A stretch of 64,000 bases of DNA from an uncultured Gemmatimonadales bacterium (GCA_963809895.1 CAWELD010000010.1:1056001-1120000); one strand, 5' to 3'; numbered from the stretch's first letter, positions 39,944 through 51,857 are shown. Notes: generated by a model not told the origin, from the letters alone. Program-made: numbers and translations.

Positions 39944-40855
39944 GTGCCCGAGCTGCCCGAGGTCACGGCGTACGTCGAGGCGTTCCGCCGGCGCATCGTC
40001 GGTCGGACGCTGGAGCGGGTGCGGCTCCGTTCTCCTTCGCTCCTGCGCACCTGGGACCCGCCCCTCTCGGAGGTGGCGGGTCTCCGCGTGCAGGGTGTGG
40101 AACGTCTGGCCAAACGCGTGGTCTGGGCCCTGGAGTCGGACCTCTTCCTGGTCTTCCACCTCATGGTCACGGGCCGATTCCACCGGAAGGCCGCGGGAGC
40201 GCGGCTGCCCCGCAAGAACGTGCACGCGGCCTTCGACTTTCCCGCCGAGTCCTACTTCCTCACCGAGATGGCCCTGAAGAAGAAGGCTTCGCTGCACCTC
40301 ATGCGGGGCCGCGAAGCGCTGGAGCGCATGGACCCCGGGGGGCTCGAGCCGCTGGGCGCCACGCCCGAGGCGTGGGCCCGCGCCCTGACCCGGGAGAACC
40401 GCACCCTCAAGCGGGCGCTCACCGATCCGCGCATCCTCAGCGGCATCGGCAACGCGCACTCCGACGAGATCCTCCTGCGGGCCCGCCTGTCGCCGGTTCA
40501 GCGCACCGGCAATCTGGACGCCGAGGAGCTGGAGCGACTTCGCCAGGCGACGGTGAGCGAGCTGGAGCGCTTCACGCGGCTCCTCCGCGAGGAGACGGGC
40601 GAGGGGTTTCCCGAGAAGATCACGGCCTTCCACCCGGCCATGGAGGTCCACGGGCGCTTCGGCCATCCGTGTCCCGTGTGCGGCGACCCCATCCAGCGCA
40701 TCGTGTACGCCGATCGTGAGACCAACTACTGCGCCACCTGCCAGACCGGGGGCAAGCTGCTGGCGGACCGGGCTCTGAGCCGACTGCTCCGCGAAGACTG
40801 GCCGCGCACGGTGGAGGAACTGGAGGAGCACCGGGAGACGCGCCGCCACGACTGA
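39944..40855 (+). CDS. Fpg/Nei family DNA glycosylase
   Basis: PELPEV N-terminus; HLMVTG; H2TH SGIGNAHSDEIL; CPVC..CATCQ zinc finger. Confidence 0.9.
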   Translation: MPELPEVTAYVEAFRRRIVGRTLERVRLRSPSLLRTWDPPLSEVAGLRVQGVERLAKRVVWALESDLFLVFHLMVTGRFHRKAAGARLPRKNVHAAFDFPAESYFLTEMALKKKASLHLMRGREALERMDPGGLEPLGATPEAWARALTRENRTLKRALTDPRILSGIGNAHSDEILLRARLSPVQRTGNLDAEELERLRQATVSELERFTRLLREETGEGFPEKITAFHPAMEVHGRFGHPCPVCGDPIQRIVYADRETNYCATCQTGGKLLADRALSRLLREDWPRTVEELEEHRETRRHD

Positions 40856-40880
40856 TCCGGGGTGGCGCACCCCGAAACTC

Positions 40881-40927
40881 TTGCGCTCAGGTCATCGTAA
40901 TGTGTATCGTACGATATATCACGATAC
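40881..40927 (+). promoter_or_regulatory. Putative promoter and palindromic PadR operator
   Basis: AT-rich island; TTGCGC-18-TATCGT; GTATCGT..ACGATAC inverted repeat and TATCGTACGATA palindrome. Confidence 0.55.
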
Positions 40928-41002
40928 TGATTCTACGATCTGCCTGAGGAGTTGCCCGCGCAGCGGTAGCGGTGGGCCACCATGGCGAGACGGGGAGGGA
41001 TC

Positions 41003-41545
41003 ATGAACTGGCAATGGGGATTTCCGTTCGACATGCCCGGATTCGGACCGCAGGGACCCTGGACGCGCGGGCGGGGGCCGAAGCGGGGTTTCTTCCGTTC
41101 CGGCGAGGTGCGGCTGGCGCTCCTGTCGCTGCTGGCCGAGGCGCCGGGTCACGGCTACGAGCTGATGAAACGGCTCGAGGAGCGGTCGGGAGGGCTCTAC
41201 CAGGCCAGCGCCGGCACCGTGTATCCGGTGCTTCAGCAGCTGGAGGACGAGGGTCTGGCGCGCTCCCGCGAGGAAGACGGTAAGAAGGTCTACGAGATCA
41301 CCGAGGCCGGACGCGCCGAGGTGGAGGCCGCTTCGGAGCGGGTGGACAGGATCTGGAAGCGTGCCGGCCAGTGGCGCGAATGGAGCTGCCGCATGGGCCC
41401 CGATACGGTGGAGGTGGCCATGGTGTTCGGGCGTCTCGCCAAGGCGGCTTTTTCCGTGGCTTCCAGCGGTGGCCAGGACACGGGGGATCGGGTGGTCGAG
41501 ATCCTCAACCGGGCTCGGCGCGAGATCGAGGAGCTGGGCGGTTGA
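41003..41545 (+). CDS. PadR-family transcriptional regulator
   Basis: GGAGG RBS; LLSLLAE..HGYELMK..SAGTVYPVLQQLEDEG..KVYEITEAG. Confidence 0.9.
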   Translation: MNWQWGFPFDMPGFGPQGPWTRGRGPKRGFFRSGEVRLALLSLLAEAPGHGYELMKRLEERSGGLYQASAGTVYPVLQQLEDEGLARSREEDGKKVYEITEAGRAEVEAASERVDRIWKRAGQWREWSCRMGPDTVEVAMVFGRLAKAAFSVASSGGQDTGDRVVEILNRARREIEELGG

Positions 41546-41729
41546 GGGCGGGCGCGCCCTTCGTGCGGGGCCTGGTGTCGGGACGTGAAGCCGCCGACGA
41601 CGAAGACGTGGCCCCGGAAGGGGTGGCGGACACCCCCTTTGCGCCGGAGTGGCGGAAGCGTCATCGTGGCCCATTCCGGGGGTCGCGCGAGGCCTCCGAG
41701 GAACACCTCCACCCGTTTCGGAGAACGTC

Positions 41730-42275
41730 GTGACCGAGACCCCCGACATGGAGACGCTGCGCTACCCGGTGGGCCGATTCGAGCCGGGCCCGCACCTGGA
41801 CCCCCGTGCGCGCGAGCGGGCGATGGAGAACATCGCCGCCACTCCCGCCAATCTGCGGCGGGCCGTCGCCGGCCTGACGCCGGAGCAGTTGAACACGCCG
41901 TACCGTCCCGACGGTTGGACGATCCGCCAGGTCGTGCATCACGTGCCCGACAGCCACCTCAACGGGTACATGCGCTTCAAGCTGGGGCTCACGGAAGAGG
42001 TGCCGACCATCCGGACCTACGAGGAGGCCGCCTGGGCCGAGCTACCCGACAGCTTCATGGAGGACATCGAGGTGTCGCTGGCGCTGCTGGAGTCGCTGCA
42101 CGAGCGCTGGGTCGTGCTCCTGGAGGCCCTCACTCCGGAGGACTGGCACCGGACGGTCTTCCACCCGGAGATGAACGCCGAGATCAGCCTCGACGCCCTG
42201 CTGCAACTCTACGACTGGCATGGCCGCCATCACGTCGCGCACATCACCGGCCTACGCGACAGGAAGGGTTGGTGA
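41730..42275 (+). CDS. YfiT/DinB-superfamily metal-dependent thiol transferase
   Basis: LRYPVG, YRPDGWTIRQVVHHVPDSH, YDWHGRHHVAHI. Confidence 0.88.
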   Translation: MTETPDMETLRYPVGRFEPGPHLDPRARERAMENIAATPANLRRAVAGLTPEQLNTPYRPDGWTIRQVVHHVPDSHLNGYMRFKLGLTEEVPTIRTYEEAAWAELPDSFMEDIEVSLALLESLHERWVVLLEALTPEDWHRTVFHPEMNAEISLDALLQLYDWHGRHHVAHITGLRDRKGW

Positions 42276-42871
42276 CTGTGGATCACCCGCGGGTCACGGT
42301 GGTGTCGGTGAACGTGGGGCGTGCCTCGGAGCTCACCTGGCGCGGCCGGACGGTGCGCACTGGGATCGGGAAGGAGCCCCAGAGCGTAGCCGTGCGTGTC
42401 GAGGCGCTGGGCCTGGAGGGCGACGTCCAGGTGGATCGCCGGGTCCACGGCGGGACCATGAAGGCCGTCTATGCCTACCCCGGCGAGCACTACGAACGCT
42501 GGGCCGCGGAACTGGGCGTATCGCCGGACGCGCTCCCACCCGGCGCCTTCGGAGAGAACCTGACGCTGGAAGGGATCCTGGAAGACGACATCCGCCCCGG
42601 CGACGAACTGGTGTGTGAGGGGCGCGACGGCCTGCGCCTGGCGGTGACCGAGCCCCGCTACCCGTGCTCCACGCTGTCCGCCCGCTTCCAACGGGCCGAC
42701 CTGCCGCGGCTGTTCGTGCGCGCGGCGCGGCCGGGGTTCTACCTGCGGGTCGTGACACCTGGACGGATCGGAGCGGGGGACACCTTGGAGCTGGTGCGCT
42801 CGGCCGCGGGCGGTGAGAGCATCCGGGACATCTTCCGGCGCGTGGCCCGGGTGCCGGACGACACCGAATGA
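42272..42871 (+). CDS. MOSC-domain protein (YiiM-like)
   Basis: GDVQVDRRVHGG..KAVYAY, GAFGENL, PRYPC, GFYLRV. Confidence 0.88.
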   Translation: MTVDHPRVTVVSVNVGRASELTWRGRTVRTGIGKEPQSVAVRVEALGLEGDVQVDRRVHGGTMKAVYAYPGEHYERWAAELGVSPDALPPGAFGENLTLEGILEDDIRPGDELVCEGRDGLRLAVTEPRYPCSTLSARFQRADLPRLFVRAARPGFYLRVVTPGRIGAGDTLELVRSAAGGESIRDIFRRVARVPDDTE

Positions 42872-43326
42872 GCGTCGGGGTACGCCGGGCGCGCGGCGCC
42901 GACCTGGCCGCCGCCGCGGACCTGGTGGCGGCGGCGGGACTTCCGCTGGCCGGCTTCCCTGACGACGCTCGCGTGATCCTGGTGGCGGAGCAGGCGTCCG
43001 GGCTGGTGGGTGTGGCGGCGCTGGAGCTTCACGAGGACGCCGCGCTGCTGCGGTCGGTGGCGGTTCCGGCGGAGTGGCGCGGCCAGGGCATCGGGGGCGC
43101 GCTGGTGACCGCGGCCCTGGAGGCGGCCTGGACCGAGGGCGCCTCGTCGGTGGCGCTGCTCACCGAGACCGCTGCGTCGTACTTTCCGGCCTTCGGCTTC
43201 CGGTCCGTGCCCAGATCGGCCCTGCCGTCGGCGTTGGCGGCCTCCCGGGAGCTGCGGGGCGCCTGCCCCGAGTCGGCGGTGGCCATGGTGCTGGAGCGGT
43301 CGAGTCGGCCGCCGAGCGCCACATAG
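42868..43326 (+). CDS. ArsN2-like GNAT N-acetyltransferase
   Basis: LLRSVAV..RGQGIG, LLTETA..YF, CPESAVAM. Confidence 0.8.
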   Translation: MSVGVRRARGADLAAAADLVAAAGLPLAGFPDDARVILVAEQASGLVGVAALELHEDAALLRSVAVPAEWRGQGIGGALVTAALEAAWTEGASSVALLTETAASYFPAFGFRSVPRSALPSALAASRELRGACPESAVAMVLERSSRPPSAT

Positions 43327-43336
43327 ACGGCGACCC

Positions 43337-44266
43337 TCAGTCCGGGATCTCCATGGTGGCGCGCGCGACCAGAACGGCGCTGCCGCCGACCCGGATGGCC
43401 GTGACCGCGCCGGCGTGCACGTCGGCTTCCACCCGGAGCAGCGAGGGCCGGCCCATCTCGAGTCCCTGCTCCACGAGCCAGTTGTGGGAGCCGTCGCCGG
43501 CACGGCGGCCCAGGTAGCCACCCAGCGCCGCGGCCGCGCTTCCCGTCGCCGGATCCTCGGGCACGCCGATCTCCGGGGCGAACATGCGCACGTGCAGGTT
43601 CACGTCCTCGCCGTGGCCTCCGGGCGCGATGACGTACACCATGCGCGACGGCGCATCGGGACCCAGAAGCTGCCGGAGAATCCCCTGATCCAGGGTCGCC
43701 CGCTCGGCGGCCTTCACCGAGCGCACGGGCACGGTGAGGAAGGGAAGGCCGGCGGATGCGAAGACCGGCTCCAGGGTGCCGGGCACGCCGGGCACCTCCG
43801 CCCCGATGTCTCCGGGGTCCAGCGAGATCATGCGCGCCAGATCGCCGGCGGCGAGATCGACGGCCTCCTCCGTGGGCGCCACCGCAGCGGTGAGGCGGGC
43901 CGCCACCGGCCGGCCCGACCGTAGCGCCACCTCCACGGGCACCGGGCCGACGCCCTCTTCCAGCACCACCGTGACCGCGTCCACGGCCACCGTGATGGCT
44001 CTGGACGCCACCAGAAAGAACGCCGTGCCCACCGTGGGATGCCCGGCGAACGGCACCTCGGCCCCGGGCGTGAAGATGCGCACGCGTCGCGTGGCCGACG
44101 GGGATTCGGCCGGCAGCACGAATACGGTTTCCGACAGGTTCAACTCGCGCGCGATGGCTTGCATGCGCTCGGCAGAGAGCCCTCGCCCGTCGGGGAAGAC
44201 GGCGAGAGGGTTGCCGCCGAAGACCCGATCCGTGAATACGTCCAGCGTGTGGTACTCGAGGCGCAT
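43337..44266 (-). CDS. PhzF-family epimerase/isomerase
   Basis: [36 protein letters not shown]. Confidence 0.9.
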   Translation of the reverse strand: MRLEYHTLDVFTDRVFGGNPLAVFPDGRGLSAERMQAIARELNLSETVFVLPAESPSATRRVRIFTPGAEVPFAGHPTVGTAFFLVASRAITVAVDAVTVVLEEGVGPVPVEVALRSGRPVAARLTAAVAPTEEAVDLAAGDLARMISLDPGDIGAEVPGVPGTLEPVFASAGLPFLTVPVRSVKAAERATLDQGILRQLLGPDAPSRMVYVIAPGGHGEDVNLHVRMFAPEIGVPEDPATGSAAAALGGYLGRRAGDGSHNWLVEQGLEMGRPSLLRVEADVHAGAVTAIRVGGSAVLVARATMEIPD

Positions 44267-44403
44267 ACTCCACGCTCCTGCCGGTGCGAGATGGATCCGT
44301 CCCCTCAAGGTACGCGCCCGGCGATCCGGGTCCAACGCCATGGAACCTGTCGGGCGGCGTATGGATAAGGGACATGAACACTCGCCCAATGGAGCCTGAA
44401 TAC

Positions 44404-45375
<972 letters not shown>

Positions 45376-45416
45376 GCGTCCATCCAGACCCTCCCCTGGA
45401 GTCAGCACCCTTGGCG

Positions 45417-46071
45417 ATGACACCCCGGCGCAGGGTTTTCCTGCTCAAGACGATGGTGTGGTTGGCGTGCCTCACCCCGCTGGGTTGGGTGGCCTACCGC
45501 TGGTATCTGGGTGACCACCTCACCGCGAACCCCGTGGAGGCGCTGGAGCACTGGTCGGGGCTGTCGGCGTTCGTGATCCTCACGGCCTCGCTGGCGGTGA
45601 CGCCGATCCGGCGGCTCACCGGATGGAACGACATCCAGAAGGTCCGGCGCCTCGCCGGGCTGTGGGCGTTCGCCTACGCCGTCATCCATTTCGGCATCTA
45701 CCTGGGGCTCGACCAGTTCTTCGGCTGGTCCTACATCCTCGAGGACATCACCGAGCGGCCCTTCATCATCTCCGGCACCCTGGCGCTTCTGTGCCTGCTG
45801 CCGCTGGCGCTCACGTCCACCCGGGCCTCCATCCGACGCCTGGGCAAGAACTGGGTGCGGCTGCACCGGCTGGTCTATGCGGCTGCGGGGCTGGCGCTCC
45901 TGCACTTCCTCTGGGGCCAGAAGGCGGACATCCGCAACCCCATCATCGGCGGGCGTGGTGCTGGGGGTGCTTCTGGGAGCTCGTCTGGTCTGGTGGTGGC
46001 AGCGGCGGCGGCGCCCGCCGCCCCGGCGGGAGCGCGCGAGGGCGGAGAGGGAGACGGCGGCGGTGGGGTGA
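45417..46071 (+). CDS. msrQ: Heme-binding membrane subunit MsrQ; +1 frameshift near 45950
   Basis: LAVTP, RRLAGLWAF.Y..IH, W.RLHRLVY; last TM helix (AGVVLGVLLGARL) in shifted frame. Confidence 0.88.
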
Positions 46072-46117
46072 CGCTACATTCCGTTACCCTCCTGCGCCCC
46101 TGACCATCTCTGGAGCC

Positions 46118-47131
46118 ATGTCACCTCGACGTCCCATTCTGATCTCGGCCCTCCCTGCGTTCATGGTGGCGGCCTGTGCCACCGCTTCCTCTCCGGCCGC
46201 GCCCGGGCCCGGTCCCACGCCCGCCGCACAGGCGCCCGCACCCGAGGGTCCGCCACCTCTTCGCGAAGGCACGGACTTCGTGGTCTACCGCGCCGACGGC
46301 GCCCCTGCCTCGGTGGACGAGATCGTGGAGGCCATGGCCGACGCCGATGCCGTGCTCGTGGGGGAGGAGCACAACGATCCCGTGACCCACCGGGTCGAGC
46401 TGCTCCTGGTGGAGCGGGCGTTCGTGGATCTGGGAGGACGCGGCGCCTCGGCCGCCGAGCTCCCCGCCGGGCACCCGCAGGTGGCGACACGCCAGGGCCG
46501 GCCCGTGATCCTGTCGTTGGAGATGTTCGAGACCGATGTGCAGTACATCCTCGACGAATACCTCCACGACCTCATCACCGAGTCCCACTTCCGTGCCAGC
46601 GCGCGACCCTGGGACAACTACGAGACGGACTACCGGCCCATGGTCGAGTTCGCCAAGGCCCACGGCATGACCGTGGTCGCGGCCAACGCGCCTCGCCGAT
46701 ACGTGAACCGGGCCTCTCGCCTGGGACGCGCCAGCCTGCAGGAGCTCCCGCCCTCGGCGCTCCGCTATCTGCCACCGCTCCCGTATCCCCAGGCCAGCGA
46801 CCGGTACCGTGGCCAGTGGGACGCGCTCATGGGGGACGCCGCCCGGCACATGTCCGGCTCGCCGCTGGACGGCCAGACGTTGTGGGACGCCAGCATGGGT
46901 CACTCGGTCGCGCAGGCCCTGGACGCCCATCCCGATGCGCTGGTTCTGCACATGGCCGGGGGATTCCACGTGGAAAAGGACACGGGGATCCCGGAAGCCC
47001 TGCGCCACTATCGGCCCTGGACGCGCATCGTCACGGTGGCGGCGCGTCCCACCGAGGATCCGGGCACCTTCGACCCGCAGGAATTCGGTGGGCTGGGGAC
47101 GTTCGTGGTCTTGACCCGCGCACCTCGCTGA
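46118..47131 (+). CDS. ChaN-family (heme-uptake related) lipoprotein
   Basis: Lipobox VAAC; VLVGEEHND, LEMFE, YRPMVEFAK, AANAPR, Q.LWDASM, GGFH. Confidence 0.85.
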   Translation: MSPRRPILISALPAFMVAACATASSPAAPGPGPTPAAQAPAPEGPPPLREGTDFVVYRADGAPASVDEIVEAMADADAVLVGEEHNDPVTHRVELLLVERAFVDLGGRGASAAELPAGHPQVATRQGRPVILSLEMFETDVQYILDEYLHDLITESHFRASARPWDNYETDYRPMVEFAKAHGMTVVAANAPRRYVNRASRLGRASLQELPPSALRYLPPLPYPQASDRYRGQWDALMGDAARHMSGSPLDGQTLWDASMGHSVAQALDAHPDALVLHMAGGFHVEKDTGIPEALRHYRPWTRIVTVAARPTEDPGTFDPQEFGGLGTFVVLTRAPR

Positions 47132-47144
47132 CCAGCGCCCGACC

Positions 47145-47996
47145 GTGCTGTCCGAACAGGCCCGGCCCGGCGCCGTCCACCTGCGGGTCTCCCATGTCGG
47201 GGACAGCCTGGAATTCTGGCAGGATCAGCTCGGCCTGGAGGCACGCACCGCGGGCGAGGCCACGGCGTTGCACGCGGCGGGTGCGTCCGAGCCTCTGATC
47301 GTCCTCCACGCGGCCGGGGGGTCCCGGCGGAGTGCCGGCCGGGCGGGTCTCTACCATGTGGCGCTGCGCGTTCCCGCGCGGCGCGACCTGGCGCGCGTGC
47401 TGCTCAGGCTGGGCGATGCCGGCGTCGTCTTCCAGGGGGCCGCGGATCACGGGGTGAGCGAGGCGCTCTACCTGGCGGATCCCGAGGGGAACGGGGTGGA
47501 GCTGTACGTGGACCGGCCCGGGCGAGCATGGACACGTCCCGGTGACACGGTGGAGATGACCACGCTTCCGCTGGACGTACAGGGCCTCGTGGCCGAGGCG
47601 AACGGGGACCCGGCGCCTCTCCCCGTGGGTAGCGATGTCGGGCACGTGCACCTGCAGGTGGACGACCTGCAAGCGGCGGAAGCGTTCTACGGCCCGGAGG
47701 GCCTCGGCCTCGACGTGACCACGCGCGCATACCCCGGTGCGCTCTTCCTGTCGGCCGGGGGCTACCACCACCACCTGGGCCTGAACACCTGGGGTGTCCG
47801 GGGCCCCGCCTCAGCCGATGCCCTGGGCCTCCTGGCCTGGACTCTGATGGTGCCCGAAGAGGGCGTGGAGGAGGCCGCGGCGCGCGTGGGCGCGGCACAC
47901 GAGAACGGCGCCTGGCAGGCCCGCGATCCCGCCGGCAACCTTCTCCGGCTGGTGGCTGCTAGTACCGGAAAAGCGGAATCCCCACCTCGACCATGA
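47145..47996 (+). CDS. VOC-family protein (CatE-like)
   Basis: GLYHVAL, DHGVSEALYLADPEGNGVELY, GHVHL, GGYHHHLGLNTW. Confidence 0.88.
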   Translation: MLSEQARPGAVHLRVSHVGDSLEFWQDQLGLEARTAGEATALHAAGASEPLIVLHAAGGSRRSAGRAGLYHVALRVPARRDLARVLLRLGDAGVVFQGAADHGVSEALYLADPEGNGVELYVDRPGRAWTRPGDTVEMTTLPLDVQGLVAEANGDPAPLPVGSDVGHVHLQVDDLQAAEAFYGPEGLGLDVTTRAYPGALFLSAGGYHHHLGLNTWGVRGPASADALGLLAWTLMVPEEGVEEAAARVGAAHENGAWQARDPAGNLLRLVAASTGKAESPPRP

Positions 47997-48468
47997 TCGT
48001 CATGGGGCGGAAATCCTCCACCCGCGCCCAGCGTAGCTCGAGCCCTCCGATCCACCAGCGGTCGCGGGTCGGTGTCCCCCCCAGGCCGATCACCAGCGAG
48101 TATCCGGTGCGGGTCTCCCGGGGGTCGTCGGGATTGTCCGACACGAAGACCGTGTTCCGGAAGACCGGCCCGCCACCGACGTAGACACCCACTCCGGAGC
48201 GCCAGAGGACGTCCAGGGCGACCTGCCGCTCGGTGATCTTGCTCAGGAACGTGAAGTCCGCGGTGGATTGGAGCTCCACGGGAATCTTCGGCAGAGGCAG
48301 GCGCACGTACGCTCCGGCCACGAACGCGCTGAACTCGGTGTCGTAGCCGACCCGCGGGCCGAGGGTGAGGGCGCGCACGATGGGTGGGCCCTCCACCTGC
48401 GCGCGGACGGTGCCGGGCAACCCTGCCAGCGCGCAGCCCGCCAGCATCGCGAATGTCCGCAGCTTCAT
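47959..48468 (-). CDS. Putative small outer-membrane beta-barrel protein
   Basis: Signal peptide; alternating beta pattern; aromatic C-terminus IPLFRY. Confidence 0.6.
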   Translation of the reverse strand: MKLRTFAMLAGCALAGLPGTVRAQVEGPPIVRALTLGPRVGYDTEFSAFVAGAYVRLPLPKIPVELQSTADFTFLSKITERQVALDVLWRSGVGVYVGGGPVFRNTVFVSDNPDDPRETRTGYSLVIGLGGTPTRDRWWIGGLELRWARVEDFRPMTIMVEVGIPLFRY

Positions 48469-48475
48469 GCGCGCC

Positions 48476-49051
48476 TCAACCGCCCACGTTCAGGTCGGTG
48501 GCGTCGAGGCGGTCGGCGAGCGCCTTCAACTCGGCGAACATCTCGTCGACCTCGGGATCGAGCTTCACCATCTCGACCATCATGGCATCCTGGAAGGCCT
48601 CGAGACGAGCCTTCATCTCCTCCTGCTCCAGGATCTCACCCTGTGCGTCCTGAAGCCGGCCCATGATCCCCTGGTACTCGTTCTGGAGCGCCTTCAGCTT
48701 GGCGGCGTCCTGTGCGGCCTGGGCAGCGGCGGCTTCCTGCTGGATCTCCGGCATGCGCTCCTTGAGCACCTGCTCCAGCTCGGGGTGGGCCTCGTAGACC
48801 GCGGCTTCCAGCGCGGACTGGATGCTGTCCTGCTCCGCCTGGAGCTCGGGGCTGGCCTGGAGGGCTTGATTCTGGACTCCGTTCACCCGCGTCTCGAGCG
48901 TGCGGAAGCGGGTCAACGCGGCCTGCAGGCTGTCCTGGGGAACGGGGACCGCGGGGACGGAATCGGGCACGCGGTCCTGCGCGCGCGACGGCGCAGCGAT
49001 CATGGAAAGGGCCAGGGCCAGCACAGCCCCGGCTCTGAGCGAGCGCATCAT
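48476..49051 (-). CDS. Secreted helical Gln/Glu-rich protein (possibly Skp/OmpH-like)
   Basis: Signal peptide; coiled-coil composition. Confidence 0.6.
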   Translation of the reverse strand: MMRSLRAGAVLALALSMIAAPSRAQDRVPDSVPAVPVPQDSLQAALTRFRTLETRVNGVQNQALQASPELQAEQDSIQSALEAAVYEAHPELEQVLKERMPEIQQEAAAAQAAQDAAKLKALQNEYQGIMGRLQDAQGEILEQEEMKARLEAFQDAMMVEMVKLDPEVDEMFAELKALADRLDATDLNVGG

Positions 49052-49150
49052 TCAGGTACTCCGTGGAGTCGATGTCGAAGTCGAGGACTGGACACGAACC
49101 TCACACGGAGGCGACGCGGCCATCCTGGCGTCGTGACGCTGAATCTGTCC

Positions 49151-49747
49151 TCAGATGAGCCCGCCGGCCAGGGCGCGGAGCACATCCATCGTGGTGACGA
49201 TACCCAGGAGACGGCCGTCTTCCAGGACCACGGCCCGGTGGATGCGCCCCCTCACCAGAAAGTCCGCCAGTTCACGGAAGGAGGCGTCGGGAGGCACCGA
49301 GAACGACACCGGCGTCATGATATCGGACACCGTGAGCCGGTCGAGAGGTCCCTCGTCTTCGCTCTCCCGGCTCCACTCGGGTGTCAGCAGGGGCGCGTCT
49401 TCGGGGAGGAAGAAGTCGGTGAACGGGTCGTCTGCCTGATCCTCCGGATCGGGGATCTCGGGCGCCCCGACCGGCACCCAGCGAGCGCTGGACAGGCGCA
49501 CCTCCTGCTCCTCGGCCGTGAGCCGTACCACATCGGACGACGACACCACCCCGAGAACCTCGCCGGAGGCCGTGGTTACGGGCATGCCGCTGATGCCTTC
49601 GTCGGCCAGCGTCCTGGCCAGCTCGCGCACCGACATCTCGGGGGTCGCCGTCACCACCTCGCTCTGCATGAGGTCACGGACGGTCACCATGCTTCCTCCC
49701 GCGCTGGATTGCATGAGGGGGGCCTTCGGGCTTCGTTGGTCGGTCAT
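49151..49747 (-). CDS. CBS-pair protein
   Basis: VRDLMQ..ISGMPV..GVVS; VSDIMTP..IHRAVV..GIVTTMD. Confidence 0.88.
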   Translation of the reverse strand: MTDQRSPKAPLMQSSAGGSMVTVRDLMQSEVVTATPEMSVRELARTLADEGISGMPVTTASGEVLGVVSSSDVVRLTAEEQEVRLSSARWVPVGAPEIPDPEDQADDPFTDFFLPEDAPLLTPEWSRESEDEGPLDRLTVSDIMTPVSFSVPPDASFRELADFLVRGRIHRAVVLEDGRLLGIVTTMDVLRALAGGLI

Positions 49748-50646
49748 TCCTCGGGACTCTCTGGCCGCTGCACCAGGATCGGTACGTGCACGGCCCGGAT
49801 CACCTTGTCCGTGGTGCTGCCGAGAAGGGCCCGCTGAAGCCCTCCGCGACCGTGCGTGGCCATGACCACGAGTTGAGCGTCGAGCTCCTCGACCTCGCGT
49901 GCGACGGCGTGACCCGCCTGGGTATCCACCGTGACGTGCACCGTGGCCTCCACGCCCTCAGCGGTGATGCGGGCGGCGATACGCTCCAGGTAGGCACGCG
50001 CCGCGTCCCTCGCCTCTTCCACCACCTTCTGATTCATCTGGACCGTGTGGGGCAGGTACGGCGAGGCGATTTCCATGGGGTACGCCACGACGCGCAGGAG
50101 ACGGATCTGGCTCCCATAGAGCTTGGCCATGCCGATGGCCAGGTCGAGGACGGACTCGGACAGCTCCGAGCCGTCCAGGGGCACGACGATACGCTGCACC
50201 TCGGGCTCCACCGTGGGGTCCGGATGGTCGTCCTCGGGTCGCACGAGAAGGATCGGCTGGTGCGCGTGGCGCACGAAGCCGTCGGCCACGCTGCCGAGCC
50301 AGGCCCGGGTGAGGGCGCCGCGGCCGTGGGTCGCCATGACCACGAGGTCGGCCTCGGTGGAATCGGCCCGGCTCATGAGGAGCTCCACGACCCGGCCGGT
50401 ACCCACCCAGGCATGGACCTCTCCGTCGGTCCGCTGGCGGATCTGCTCACGCACGTTGCGCAGGTAGTCTTCGGACCACTGCCAGGCGGCGGACTCCCAC
50501 TCGTCGTACGCGAAAGACGGCACGGGCTCGTGCACCGAGGCGAGCTGCAGGGCGGCGTGGGTCCTGCGACTCAGGCCCAGCGCCCAGGGAAGCGCCGCCT
50601 CGGAGAATGCGGAGCCGTCCAGCGGGACCAGGATCGTGCGGAACAT
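49744..50646 (-). CDS. Tandem-domain universal stress protein
   Basis: Two VPLDGS..VVMATHGRG..LGS repeats. Confidence 0.92.
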   Translation of the reverse strand: MFRTILVPLDGSAFSEAALPWALGLSRRTHAALQLASVHEPVPSFAYDEWESAAWQWSEDYLRNVREQIRQRTDGEVHAWVGTGRVVELLMSRADSTEADLVVMATHGRGALTRAWLGSVADGFVRHAHQPILLVRPEDDHPDPTVEPEVQRIVVPLDGSELSESVLDLAIGMAKLYGSQIRLLRVVAYPMEIASPYLPHTVQMNQKVVEEARDAARAYLERIAARITAEGVEATVHVTVDTQAGHAVAREVEELDAQLVVMATHGRGGLQRALLGSTTDKVIRAVHVPILVQRPESPEE

Positions 50647-50702
50647 GATGGCTCCCGTGTGTCGAGGAAGGCGGTGCTCCGGGTGCGGCGTCGCGCCGAC
50701 GC

Positions 50703-51857
50703 TCAGCCCGTGGCCCCCGCCGGTATCATTCGTTCGGGCGGCGGGCTCGAAAGCGGGTCGCCCCCGGGCGGCTCGTCGCCGGCCGCCCAGGGCAGCACCA
50801 GGCGTAGGCGTGTGCCCCGGCCCGGTCGCGAGTCCACCGTGAGCGATCCACCGGCATAACCGGCCCGTTCCTCCATACCCATCAAGCCCAGGCCCGCTCC
50901 GCCGGCGAAGGAAAGCGTGGTCTGGTCGAAGCCCTGTCCGTCGTCCTCGATCTCGGTCACGAGGCCGTCGGCCGCGCCGAAGAAGCGCGTGTGCACGTGG
51001 CCGGCTCCGGCGTGGCGGGCGGCGTTGGTCAGGGCCTCCTGAACGATACGGAAGAGCGCCAGCCGCACGCCGTCGCTGAGGTCCGCCTCCGGAATCTGGC
51101 CCAGGAATTCCATGCGCAGGGTCCGGGACTCGGTGAGTCGCCGGGCGTGCGCTTCCAGGGCCGCGCGCACACCCAGCTCGTCCAACTCGGGGGGACGCAG
51201 GCGTCGTGCCACACCACGGATCTCCTCCAGCGCCTGGCGGATCTCGGTGGTGACCTCGTCCATGCGGCTACACGGGGAATCCTCCGGCTCCTGCCGGGAA
51301 AGGATGCGTAACCGCACCAGGACCCCCGCCAGCGTCTGGGCGGTGCCGGAATAGAGCTCGTGGGCGATACGCTCCCGCTCCCGTTCTTCGGCTTCGAGCA
51401 CACGCCGGGCCAACTCGCGCTGGCGGCGCTGCGCCGCCGAGACCGTGTCCAACATGTCGTTGAAGGTGTGGCTCAAGCGGTCGAGGCGGTCGTCGGCCAG
51501 CACCGAGTGGGGGACGCGCGAGGCCATGTCTCCGTTCCGGACCCGAAAGGCCGTGTCGGTCAGGGTGTCGACGGGGCGCAACGCCAATCGTACCACGGCG
51601 GCGTTCGCCAGCGCGGCAAGGGTGACCATGGCCACCGACACGCCGGCGACCACGGGAAGGACGGGGGCGTGCACGCGGTCGAGGAAGAGCGCCACGGTGG
51701 CTCCGGCGGCCGCCACCAGGACCACGTTCGCCAGCAGGAGCTTCCAGAACAGCGGGACGCGCAGGATCGACGTCGCCCAAAGCGGTACCCTGGGCGGCCG
51801 CGTCGCCAGCGGCTGCCCGGTGTCGTGCCCCGCGTCGTGGGAGGGCGGTGCGTCCAT
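50703..51857 (-). CDS. HAMP + HisKA_3 + HATPase sensor kinase lacking canonical phospho-His (possible pseudokinase)
   Basis: ERERIAHELYSGTAQ instead of ELHD; QEALTNAARH, EDDGQGF and GLGLMGM retained. Confidence 0.85.
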   Translation of the reverse strand: MDAPPSHDAGHDTGQPLATRPPRVPLWATSILRVPLFWKLLLANVVLVAAAGATVALFLDRVHAPVLPVVAGVSVAMVTLAALANAAVVRLALRPVDTLTDTAFRVRNGDMASRVPHSVLADDRLDRLSHTFNDMLDTVSAAQRRQRELARRVLEAEERERERIAHELYSGTAQTLAGVLVRLRILSRQEPEDSPCSRMDEVTTEIRQALEEIRGVARRLRPPELDELGVRAALEAHARRLTESRTLRMEFLGQIPEADLSDGVRLALFRIVQEALTNAARHAGAGHVHTRFFGAADGLVTEIEDDGQGFDQTTLSFAGGAGLGLMGMEERAGYAGGSLTVDSRPGRGTRLRLVLPWAAGDEPPGGDPLSSPPPERMIPAGATG